The notes under the pieces are model-generated. The model had not been told where the DNA came from and searched no databases. It saw nothing but the letters and a program-made list of their open reading frames with translations. 7,277 bases of DNA from a virus (taxonomy: Duplodnaviria > Heunggongvirae > Uroviricota > Caudoviricetes): positions 1-7,277 of the IMG/VR virus record IMGVR_UViG_2778261154_000009; one strand, given 5' to 3'. Made by a program: the position numbers and the translations under genes. Below, piece after piece: positions 1-7,122 of this stretch (position 1 is the stretch's first letter; each line of letters starts with the position of its first letter).

Positions 1-161
1 CATCTCAGTAATACGGGAATACATTGAGATTTTCTACAATCGTCAGCGTCGTCACTCTCGTCTGGGGAATATCTCCCCGGCAGCCTTCAGGGAAAAATAT
101 CATCAGATGGCTGCTTAAAAAAAGAACAAATGGTAGTGTCCGCTATTGCCAGTACACCTCA
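1..161 (+). mobile_element. IS3-family insertion sequence, 3' (right) end only; element continues upstream of the window
   Basis: Frame-2 ORF reads to a stop at 116-118. Downstream, the reverse complement of 131-161 reads TGAGGTGTACTGGCAATAGCGGACACTACC, which has the TGA start and GGACAC core I associate with IS3-family terminal inverted repeats. Right boundary (about 161) is from memory and approximate. Confidence 0.6.
2..118 (+). CDS. IS3-family transposase OrfB, C-terminal 38 codons (5' partial)
   Basis: Translation of 2-118 gives ISVIREYIEIFYNRQRRHSRLGNISPAAFREKYHQMAA then stop. The FYNxxRxHSxLGxxSP motif is the characteristic C-terminus of IS3-family DDE transposases. Exact IS species not assigned. 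Confidence 0.8.
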   Translation: MSVIREYIEIFYNRQRRHSRLGNISPAAFREKYHQMAA

Positions 162-214
162 CCGTTAGCGGCTGCGTCACTCAGTTTAAAATAAGCATAT
201 GCTTTCATATTCAT
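162..214 (-). pseudogene. 5' stub of a prophage ORF downstream of gam, apparently truncated by the IS3-family insertion
   Basis: Minus-strand AGAGGAAATGAATATG (strong SD, ATG at 214-212 or 208-206) opens a frame encoding MNMKAYAYFKLSDAAANG that runs into the putative IS inverted repeat and stops at 145-143. Inference only. Confidence 0.3.
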
Positions 215-305
215 TTCCTCTGGTCCTGATTCAGGCGCGAGCAATCCCCTGACGCATCGCGCCATAATTAAAAGAAAGTGAATTAATTAAATATTCGTCG
301 TGGTA

Positions 306-830
306 TTAAATACCGGCATCCTGTTCAAACGGAATAATAGAAAAATCTTCAATGCCTGATTTAACTGTAATTCCGGCGACACCTGCGACTGCTTTCGGCT
401 CCAGTAAAATCGCTTCCTTGTTGATTTCCTGTTTCGTGCGAATAAAGCGTTGAAGGCCAAGACGCTCCAGTGTTTCCATCACCGCATCCACACCGCGAAT
501 ACTTACTGATGGTGGGCGCTGACGCCATGACACATCACCGGTTACCAGGTTTGCCGTCTTCACCTTGCCGCCGTTCGTCAGTTCGTCACGGTTCGCTTCA
601 CACCATCCCTGAACGCCTTTTGAAAGGGTTTCGATACTGGTTTTAAGCGGTGCAATCTGTGAGGCGTATTTCTCCGTAATCTCAGCGATAGCGTCATTCA
701 TTTCCGTTTCAAGTCGTGCTGCTTCGCGTTGCAGGTCCCCAATCCGGCGGATATCACATACCACGGCATCGCGGGATTGCGGAACATAAGCCGCTGCGGC
801 GTTCCTGATTCGTTTTGCGGGTTTAGCCAT
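306..830 (-). CDS. gam: Host-nuclease inhibitor Gam (Mu Gam / Ku-like DNA end-binding protein), 174 aa
   Basis: Full ORF with SD AGGAG 9-10 nt upstream of the ATG at 830-828. Sequence (MAKPAKRIRNAAAAYVPQSRDAV...GIEDFSIIPFEQDAGI) and length match Mu-family Gam as I recall it. Confidence 0.9.
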   Translation of the reverse strand: MAKPAKRIRNAAAAYVPQSRDAVVCDIRRIGDLQREAARLETEMNDAIAEITEKYASQIAPLKTSIETLSKGVQGWCEANRDELTNGGKVKTANLVTGDVSWRQRPPSVSIRGVDAVMETLERLGLQRFIRTKQEINKEAILLEPKAVAGVAGITVKSGIEDFSIIPFEQDAGI

Positions 831-848
831 AAATAAAGCTCCTGTTAA

Positions 849-1136
849 TTAATATTCACTGTATACAATGCCGGATACAGCACGATTGCTTAATTCCATC
901 TTTTGGGCTATCACATGAATAGCCAGCCCTTCTTTATAAAGTTCACGGCATAAATATTTGTCGTGCTCACTGACCTGGTATGCACACAACGATATTCCGT
1001 GCCTTCTGGCATGTGCCTGTAGGGCGGTTGGGGCAACTTTCAGTTTTTTCGCCATTTCCTCGACGGTCATTTTTCCGACACTGGCTTCGATAAATTCCCG
1101 GTCTTCGCGTGACCAGCGTTTACGATTACACGTCAT
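849..1136 (-). CDS. Hypothetical early protein, 95 aa from ATG 1136 (99 aa if GTG 1148), putative HTH DNA-binding
   Basis: ORF in operon orientation. N-terminal segment WSREDREFIEASVGKMTVEEMAKKLKVAPTALQAHARRHGIS has an HTH-like pattern. The upstream gene's TGA (1151-1149) abuts this start. No family assigned. Confidence 0.6.
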   Translation of the reverse strand: MTCNRKRWSREDREFIEASVGKMTVEEMAKKLKVAPTALQAHARRHGISLCAYQVSEHDKYLCRELYKEGLAIHVIAQKMELSNRAVSGIVYSEY

Positions 1137-1148
1137 TCCGGTCACCAC

Positions 1149-1568
1149 TCAGTACAACAGAGGCTCGCGCAGTGATGCCGGAATATGCCGCAGCGATAAC
1201 TGAACCGCTTTCAGGACAAGCGAGGAATAACAGCAGCGCGCCCAGCCTTTTGCCATTAACCGGTAATCGCGCCAGATACGCTGCCACATTTCACGGGCTT
1301 TCGGGTCTGACGCGCAGATGTATTCGCGGTCCATGACGTATTCCCATAAATCCACATTGAAGGCATTGCCAAACGTAATGGCGCGGAATACCGCCTCTCC
1401 GCAATAACGCGCACAAATGCTGTAATGGTCAAATGCAATCAGGTAAGTCTTTTCGCCATACCCCTCAACTTCGCGCGCACAAATAAATTCGCGCAAGTCT
1501 CCACCATTGTTATTACGCTCTTTAATCCGAATTAATGCCCGGATTTCATTTCGGATTTTGACGTTCAT
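1149..1568 (-). CDS. Hypothetical early protein, 139 aa, Cys/His-containing
   Basis: ORF with SD AAGGAA 9 nt upstream of the ATG at 1568-1566; the longer track ORF starting at 1592 lacks an SD. Contains HYSICARYC (H-x3-C-x3-C) plus further Cys residues. No recognisable family. Confidence 0.6.
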   Translation of the reverse strand: MNVKIRNEIRALIRIKERNNNGGDLREFICAREVEGYGEKTYLIAFDHYSICARYCGEAVFRAITFGNAFNVDLWEYVMDREYICASDPKAREMWQRIWRDYRLMAKGWARCCYSSLVLKAVQLSLRHIPASLREPLLY

Positions 1569-1582
1569 TGTCAGCGTTCCTT

Positions 1583-1846
1583 TCAGTGGCATGTTTTTTC
1601 AACAGCCATTTCAGTGACACGGCCACCGGTGATGACACTATCGTTTTTCAAAATCTCGATAGCTTCATGGGCTGACTCATTAATTATTTTCTGGCTTTTA
1701 TTAAGCACCAGTAACGCCACCATGCCAGCAAGTGTACCCTCATCACCGTCCAGTTCCGCACTACCGTCCACCGCAATGCTGGTGCGCAAATTCAGTCCTT
1801 TAATTCCAGATACTGTATTTTTAATTTCAATAATTACTTTTGCCAT
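1583..1846 (-). CDS. Hypothetical early protein, 87 aa, acidic
   Basis: SD GAGGAA 8 nt upstream of the ATG at 1846-1844; the track ORF begins at an upstream GTG (1861) without an SD. Stop overlaps the next gene start by 10 bp if 1592 is used, consistent with operon packing. Confidence 0.6.
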   Translation of the reverse strand: MAKVIIEIKNTVSGIKGLNLRTSIAVDGSAELDGDEGTLAGMVALLVLNKSQKIINESAHEAIEILKNDSVITGGRVTEMAVEKTCH

Positions 1847-1878
1847 TTTGTTATTCCTCACAAATAAATAAGCCGTTA

Positions 1879-2106
1879 TTAACGCCAGATAATCTGGCAG
1901 CCATTAAGGCGGGCCGTCCATACTGAACGGGCAACCCCTGATTTATGCTCCATAATCCTGACAGCGTTTCTGACCAGCTCCGGTGGTGGGCAGGTGATTT
2001 CAAGTACCGGACGCGCCACGCCGAGATATGATTCATTTACGTGACTCCCGTGCGCCTGTAACCAGTTCTGCGCATCCGTTGCCATTTTTATATTTCGTGA
2101 CATCAT
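1879..2106 (-). CDS. Small early protein in the position of Mu kil (immediately downstream of B), 75 aa
   Basis: SD AAGGA 9 nt upstream of ATG 2106-2104, 16 nt after the B stop. Kil assignment is positional only; I cannot verify sequence similarity, so no symbol is given. Confidence 0.6.
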   Translation of the reverse strand: MMSRNIKMATDAQNWLQAHGSHVNESYLGVARPVLEITCPPPELVRNAVRIMEHKSGVARSVWTARLNGCQIIWR

Positions 2107-2121
2107 GGTTTATGTCCTTTA

Positions 2122-3072
2122 CTACCAGTTCAGTAACCTGGGGTTGCTGTAAGCCTCCTTAAAAGCCGCTTTAATGTGACTTTTATTCAGGGATGTGCCT
2201 GCACCTTTTGCCGCCAGCCACGCATGATTCAGTGTGTGAGTTAATACACGCAATCCCCCGGGCTTTTCGGCTACCCTCATCAGCAGGTCCAGCTCATCTT
2301 CCTGTGTTACTCCCCATGCTTTGGCTACAGCCATCACATCGGTCTTTTTTACTTTGCGCAGTTGTTTTGTCATGGCAAAACGGCTGAACAGACGGGCCAG
2401 TTCATCAGTCCCACGACGGGTGGCATCCGCCATCTGTTTCGGGTTGCCAATTAAAACCATCCCCACGCCAGTGGCATCCTGAATGGCGCGTAATTGCTCC
2501 AGACCATCCACACTTAAGTGATCAGCTTCATCAATAATCAGAAGGGGGTTAACACGGCCACTGGTTTCTTTACCACCACCCAGTTTTCTGCGAATGGCGC
2601 GGGTTATATTCCCCTTATTTCTTCCCGGATTATTAATTTCCAGCGCATATGCTATTTCAAGGAGGCATTCCGTTACGCTCGAATGTGCCGGAGCAAGAGT
2701 CACCATCCAGGCATTAGCTGTCCTGCGACAATATTCCCGGGCAGCAAAGGTTTTTCCGACACCCGGTACGCCAACAACAACACTGATAATCCCGAGTGAG
2801 CGCACTGTTTTAAACAGTTCATGCAAATCACAAAATGTCTGGGTCTTCACAACGCCGGGGGTACCTGACAAATTCTGCCCTTTCTGCCAGACCCGATACC
2901 ATTCCTGTAATTTGTCATACATGCCTTCAACATTGCCTCTGTACTTTCCTTTACGAAGATCAGAAAGTGTTGCCGGAGACATTCCGGCTTCATCAGCAAT
3001 ATCTTCCTGAGACTTGTCGCCCTCGTTAATCAAAGCGTTAATAGTGTTGAAAACATCATCAATATCAGTCAT
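2122..3072 (-). CDS. B: Mu B-like transposition ATPase (target DNA activator), 316 aa
   Basis: Walker A GVPGVGKT and Walker B LLIIDEADHL; N-terminal HTH-like segment (DEAGMSPATLSDLRKGKY); SD GAGGAA 6-7 nt upstream of ATG 3072-3070; located directly downstream of the transposase gene. Confidence 0.9.
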   Translation of the reverse strand: MTDIDDVFNTINALINEGDKSQEDIADEAGMSPATLSDLRKGKYRGNVEGMYDKLQEWYRVWQKGQNLSGTPGVVKTQTFCDLHELFKTVRSLGIISVVVGVPGVGKTFAAREYCRRTANAWMVTLAPAHSSVTECLLEIAYALEINNPGRNKGNITRAIRRKLGGGKETSGRVNPLLIIDEADHLSVDGLEQLRAIQDATGVGMVLIGNPKQMADATRRGTDELARLFSRFAMTKQLRKVKKTDVMAVAKAWGVTQEDELDLLMRVAEKPGGLRVLTHTLNHAWLAAKGAGTSLNKSHIKAAFKEAYSNPRLLNW

Positions 3073-3116
3073 AGTATTTCCTCGGTTATTTCAAATCAGC
3101 TTTGTTTCCTTTATTT

Positions 3117-3145
3117 AACAGTCCGTTCCCGCGGACTGTTTTTTT
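3117..3145 (+). terminator. Intrinsic-terminator-like hairpin with T7 tract in the A-B spacer, oriented for plus-strand (antisense) transcription
   Basis: Perfect 9-bp stem AACAGTCCG (3117-3125) / CGGACTGTT (3132-3140), 6-nt loop, followed by a 7-T run (3139-3145). On the operon (minus) strand the hairpin is not followed by a U-tract. Confidence 0.35.
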
Positions 3146-3147
3146 AT

Positions 3148-5244
3148 TCAGGCCAGCGGATCATCTTCTTCCTGCATGGCAAAAAGTTTTTGCATCCCCA
3201 GCCGGAAATCGCGTTCAAATTCTTCGTCATGCTCTTCTTCATATTTCGGTTGCTGAACTGCCACCACATTACCAACCGGGCGATAAACATTACTCAGCCA
3301 GGGTTCAGCCTGTTTGTGTTCCAGAATCTGAATACCTTCATCTTCAGCATCACGAATTTTTTCCTCAGCGCGTTTGCGCATTCCTTTAATACGCTGCTGT
3401 TGTTTGTGATATTCAGCACTGACAGCAAAGGCTGCGCGTTTATTGCCGTTCCATATCGCCTCACAGATAAAGCTGCCGTCCTTGCGACGTACCGTAATTC
3501 GCTCGGCGTCATGAATGTCATAACTGATAAGCACTTTGCGACCGTGTTCGTCACGCAACTCCGGCGCGTAGTAAATATTGTTCAGCCACTGAATTTCGCA
3601 GCGTCTTACCGGTCGTTCCACCATTGGGCGGAACATGTCGCGCAGCTCAAGATCACTCAGCCACTCAATTTCGGTGTCTTCTTCTGCCAGGCGTTTTTTT
3701 CTGAACTCTGTCGGGCTGTAATGCCGTCCGTTCGGTTTCATCGGCAGCTCAGAATGCGGGCGGTTGTTGTACCATTCCACGCCTTCACGAATAGCCTCAA
3801 TAAGCTCCGCCCACGATGGCAGCTCGCGCATTGCCGCTTTCTGGCGGTCGTTCAGAGGCTTGTCCTGTTGCAGGGCGTTAAACGCTGAACGCAGATCACG
3901 GTTAAGTACACGCAACGATTCCCGGTCAGCACCCTTGCCAAAATAGGTGCGATACCTCCTGGCTATACGCATCGGCAGTGTCCGGTTCAGGCGTTCAATA
4001 ATGCCGCGTCCCTGTGGATTACCGGCAATACCGGTAGGGTGTTTAATCCCCAGGCGTGGCAGAATACCCACGACCTCTTTGTCCAGCATGTCAGCCGTTT
4101 CACCGGAACCGTTATCCGAGTAATACAGGAACGGTTTTCCGTGGTTGCGAATGCCGTGCTGTATCGCACCGGCAACGGCGAACACGTTTTCGGCAAGGTC
4201 AAGACTCCAGCCAACAACAAACCGTGTTCCACCATCGATCACAAACGTGACTTCCGGTGAGAATGGACGCCCGTGGATCGGATGCGCACATTTCAGCTTC
4301 ATACCGTGACCGTCACCAATCCAGACATAATTCACCGGCATAGCTGTCCAGTCGCGGCGGGTGAATCCTTCAAGCTGACGGTATTCACTGCCGGTAACGC
4401 GCCCTTTTTGTTTCACCACTTCCGGCAGTTTTTTCATGGCATACCGGACAACATCATAGGAAGGCATCACCTCCAGCATGTACGGTTCGTCCGCATGGCG
4501 ACGCTGCCATTCTGCGACAAAATCCTCGTAGGCTTCTGACATGGGTCTGCCGTTCACCTGGCGATACTGCGCCAGAAATTCAGGCAGCCAGCTGATTTCT
4601 TCCGGTTTTATTTCGTCGCGTTTTCCCGGTGCCAGTAACAGCAGCCGTTCGGCGGCGTTCTGCGACTGGTTGTATTTCAGAACCCACTGGTAAAGTGGAT
4701 CGCGGCTGATAGTACGATTAGCGCCACGTTTTGCATTGGCGTTAACTGCGGCCTGTTGCAGGCGCTCCGGCAGCTCACCTTTACGGGCTTTTTCAACAAG
4801 AAAGTTAATGGCTTTCAGTCGCCCGAGGTTACCGGCGCTTTCCAGCTTCAGCACTTCCACCACCAGCGCAGCTCTTGCTTCAGATACCCGGCGCTGGTTT
4901 TCGGTCAGCGCATTCAGGCGTTCTTCCATCAGTTGTGGAGAACCGCGATATGCTTCGATTGCCTGGACAGCGTCAGGATTGCGTGTTTTTCTGGTAACAG
5001 CTTTCACTTCAGAAACATTGTTCTCTGTAGCCACCAGCTGTTCCACATAGCGTTCACGCAGTGCCTTTCGTGTTATTTCAGGCAGACAATCAATGTGGTA
5101 CTCAATGGCTTTTGTGCCTTCCCGACGGCGACTAACGTCACCAAGATCACGAGAAAAACGCTGTAACGCCTGTCGGATGCCTTTTGTGGTGGCTGGCATT
5201 CCTGGTACGCCGAGCAGGTCATTTACGGTAACGTACGACTGCAT
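3148..5244 (-). CDS. A: Mu A-like DDE transposase, 698 aa from ATG 5244
   Basis: N-terminus (LLGVPGMPATTKGIRQ...GTKAIEYHIDCLPEITRKAL) resembles the MuA enhancer-binding winged-helix domain. DDE core candidates WIGDGHG, YYSDNGSG and GIIERLNR. Start at 5244 chosen for SD AGGAAGG; the 721-aa track ORF start at 5313 has no SD and overlaps ner. Confidence 0.9.
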   Translation of the reverse strand: MQSYVTVNDLLGVPGMPATTKGIRQALQRFSRDLGDVSRRREGTKAIEYHIDCLPEITRKALRERYVEQLVATENNVSEVKAVTRKTRNPDAVQAIEAYRGSPQLMEERLNALTENQRRVSEARAALVVEVLKLESAGNLGRLKAINFLVEKARKGELPERLQQAAVNANAKRGANRTISRDPLYQWVLKYNQSQNAAERLLLLAPGKRDEIKPEEISWLPEFLAQYRQVNGRPMSEAYEDFVAEWQRRHADEPYMLEVMPSYDVVRYAMKKLPEVVKQKGRVTGSEYRQLEGFTRRDWTAMPVNYVWIGDGHGMKLKCAHPIHGRPFSPEVTFVIDGGTRFVVGWSLDLAENVFAVAGAIQHGIRNHGKPFLYYSDNGSGETADMLDKEVVGILPRLGIKHPTGIAGNPQGRGIIERLNRTLPMRIARRYRTYFGKGADRESLRVLNRDLRSAFNALQQDKPLNDRQKAAMRELPSWAELIEAIREGVEWYNNRPHSELPMKPNGRHYSPTEFRKKRLAEEDTEIEWLSDLELRDMFRPMVERPVRRCEIQWLNNIYYAPELRDEHGRKVLISYDIHDAERITVRRKDGSFICEAIWNGNKRAAFAVSAEYHKQQQRIKGMRKRAEEKIRDAEDEGIQILEHKQAEPWLSNVYRPVGNVVAVQQPKYEEEHDEEFERDFRLGMQKLFAMQEEDDPLA

Positions 5245-5245
5245 A

Positions 5246-5497
5246 TCACGACACCTTCCTGATAAATCCATCGTTACGATACCGGCTGGGCCAGATGATT
5301 TCTGGCGGTACACCTATAGCGTCAGAAATTACGCGTTCGTATTTTTTGTTTGGTGTGCGAACTACCGCTTTCAGTGAATCCTGAGCATAACCAGCATGGA
5401 GTGAAAGCTCCCGGAAGGAAGACCACCCGTTATCTTTGAGCGCCAGCTGAATCTTCAGCGAAGGCCAATCGCGGTCACTATCTTCTCTTTGTCTCAT
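5246..5497 (-). CDS. ner: Ner-like DNA-binding protein (Mu Ner / Nlp family), 83 aa
   Basis: Contains the Ner/Nlp signature (DWPSLKIQLALKDNGWSSFRELS...PEIIWPSRY); SD AAGGAAAG before ATG 5497-5495; stop TGA is 1 nt from the A start (TGATATG). Confidence 0.85.
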   Translation of the reverse strand: MRQREDSDRDWPSLKIQLALKDNGWSSFRELSLHAGYAQDSLKAVVRTPNKKYERVISDAIGVPPEIIWPSRYRNDGFIRKVS

Positions 5498-5526
5498 CTT
5501 TCCTTTAACCTACAAAATTACCCGCG

Positions 5527-5548
5527 CGGATATCCGGTCGGATATCCG
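5527..5548. promoter_or_regulatory. Two tandem copies of the perfect 10-bp palindrome CGGATATCCG: candidate operator sites
   Basis: Exact copies at 5527-5536 and 5539-5548, 12 bp start-to-start, in the ner-repressor intergenic region just downstream of the candidate early promoter. Confidence 0.5.
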
Positions 5549-5557
5549 TATGGATAA

Positions 5558-5586
5558 AGATTAAGATACCAAAGATTCCTTGTAAA
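5558..5586 (-). promoter_or_regulatory. Candidate early promoter (Pe-like) for ner-A-B
   Basis: Minus-strand TTTACA (5586-5581), 17-bp spacer, TAATCT (5563-5558). Predicted start lies just upstream of the palindromes. Sequence-pattern call only. Confidence 0.35.
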
Positions 5587-5629
5587 GGGTTCTTTGGTGT
5601 TTTTATGGTTTATTTTTTAATTTCATTAT

Positions 5630-5642
5630 TTATCAATGAATT
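5630..5642. promoter_or_regulatory. IHF consensus match (WATCAANNNNTTR)
   Basis: TATCAATGAATTA at 5630-5642, preceded by an A/T-rich tract, between the divergent repressor and ner starts. Mu has an IHF site in its operator region. Confidence 0.4.
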
Positions 5643-5661
5643 AGATAGAAAGGAACCAAGA

Positions 5662-6225
5662 ATGAGAAAAGCACCCCAAGGTTCTTTTCCTGCCGATGGA
5701 AAAGAACCGATTATCGAAAGAATCTTTAGGTTAGTAGAACGATACCCTTCAAGAAATGCGGCTGCTCGGGCATGGGGGATCAATGAAGGCACTTTAAAAA
5801 ATTATTACAACAGGCGGGATTACGCACCGATACCACGCCCGCATCAGTTAAAAAAGATAGCAGAAAGCGAAAATGTTACCTTGGAATGGCTCATGACGGG
5901 AGAGGGTGATGTTGAACTAAAAGATTCCAAAGAACCCAAAAAAGAGAATGCGGATAATGTTGATGCTCAAATTCTAATGTTCTTGTCATTTCTTAAACCA
6001 CAAGAAAAACAACAAGTAGCTGATGTTCTTGGGAGAAAAGGAGCGGAGCAATTACTCATTCTTCTGGATGAGCACATCCAAGAGTTGCACGCTCTAGTTG
6101 GAGTTCGTAGAGCCATAGCGTTAAGCCTTGGTAATTTGCCAGACGAAAAGGTTAGAGAGATTTACGCGTTGTCCGAAGCTAAGGGCGATCACTTAAATCT
6201 ACCTCAGAAAGCAGCCAGCGCATAA
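5662..6225 (+). CDS. c: Prophage repressor (c-like): XRE-type HTH N-terminus with a Mu-repressor-like C-terminal region, 187 aa
   Basis: SD AAAGGAA 8-9 nt upstream of ATG 5662; the track ORF start at 5605 lacks an SD. N-terminus has an XRE/Cro-CI HTH pattern (SRNAAARAWGINEGTLKNYY...LEWLMTGEG). C-terminal segment resembles the Mu Repc C-terminal region as I recall it. Divergent from ner, in the Mu c position. Confidence 0.7.
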   Translation: MRKAPQGSFPADGKEPIIERIFRLVERYPSRNAAARAWGINEGTLKNYYNRRDYAPIPRPHQLKKIAESENVTLEWLMTGEGDVELKDSKEPKKENADNVDAQILMFLSFLKPQEKQQVADVLGRKGAEQLLILLDEHIQELHALVGVRRAIALSLGNLPDEKVREIYALSEAKGDHLNLPQKAASA

Positions 6226-6348
6226 CCCAGTGCAAGTGCCTAGCTGTGCTAAAATTACATTGGTTTTGGCGCTTGCACCCATCAGCGCTATAATAAACAC
6301 CTGAATCGTTTTTGAACGGTCTTTAAAGGCTATTGTAAGAACCTGTGA

Positions 6349-6483
6349 GTTATCTTGAATGTTTTATTGATATCGAACCGTTTAACATTTTTGGACTCGC
6401 TTTATCTTGAAAACCTTGAGTTCCTAACTTGTTGATTCCAATCTATTCCCGTCTTTTTTAATCTCTTCCCGGTTATCTTGAAT
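6349..6483. repeat. Three direct repeats of TTATCTTGAA in the prophage terminal non-coding region: candidate transposase end-binding sites (attL L1-L3-like)
   Basis: Core TTATCTTGAA at 6350-6359, 6402-6411 and 6473-6482; the outer two copies are identical over 12 bp (GTTATCTTGAAT). Read inward, each contains TTCAAGATAA, which carries the TTCA element of the Mu end-site consensus. Confidence 0.5.
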
Positions 6484-6500
6484 AAATTACCTAGTCATAA

Positions 6501-7118
<618 letters not shown>

Positions 7119-7122
7119 TACT

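Larger units (their letters stand above)
162..6497 (-). mobile_element. Mu-like transposable prophage, left arm (attL end at the high-coordinate side); rest of prophage not in window
   Basis: Gene order gam ... kil, B, A, ner on minus strand, divergent repressor on plus strand, and a terminal repeat-bearing non-coding region about 270 bp long. Distances from the inferred end (A start about 1.25 kb, repressor 0.27-0.84 kb) match the Mu layout as I recall it. Confidence 0.85.

Noticed and set aside
292-304. Palindrome GGTATTAAATACC next to the gam stop as a possible gam terminator
   Set aside because: It can form at most a 4-bp stem and is not followed by a T-tract on the minus strand. Too weak to call a terminator.
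958-1438. Plus-strand ORFs 958-1203 and 1109-1336, and minus-strand ORF 1256-1438
   Set aside because: They overlap the minus-strand operon genes in other frames, with no SD and no recognisable motifs. Shadow ORFs.
3190-3888. 232-aa plus-strand ORF, and other plus-strand ORFs inside the A and B genes (2594-3010, 2835-3029, 3764-3946, 4039-4260, 4273-4539, 4736-5050, 4756-5166)
   Set aside because: All lie antisense within the strongly supported transposase and B coding regions, lack ribosome-binding sites, and have low-complexity or odd composition. They are shadow ORFs.
5245-5313. Longer 721-aa start for A at 5313, 206-aa start for the repressor at 5605, and 147-aa start at 1592
   Set aside because: None of the upstream starts has a Shine-Dalgarno sequence, whereas the internal ATGs at 5244, 5662 and 1568 each have a good SD at correct spacing. 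The 5313 start would also overlap ner by 68 bp.
5246-5497. ner plus a neighbouring small gene as a toxin-antitoxin pair
   Set aside because: The Ner/Nlp signature and the position between the repressor and the transposase fit the standard Mu-type lytic regulator. Nothing in the sequence suggests a toxin partner.
5093-5792. Plus-strand ORF 5093-5377 and minus-strand ORF 5610-5792
   Set aside because: These are antisense shadows of ner/A and of the repressor gene respectively, with no translation signals.
6349-6483. Possible CRISPR array suggested by short direct repeats
   Set aside because: Only three copies of a 10-12 bp core with unequal spacing (52 and 71 bp), far shorter than CRISPR repeats, and sited at a transposable-phage terminus. 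They fit transposase end-binding sites.
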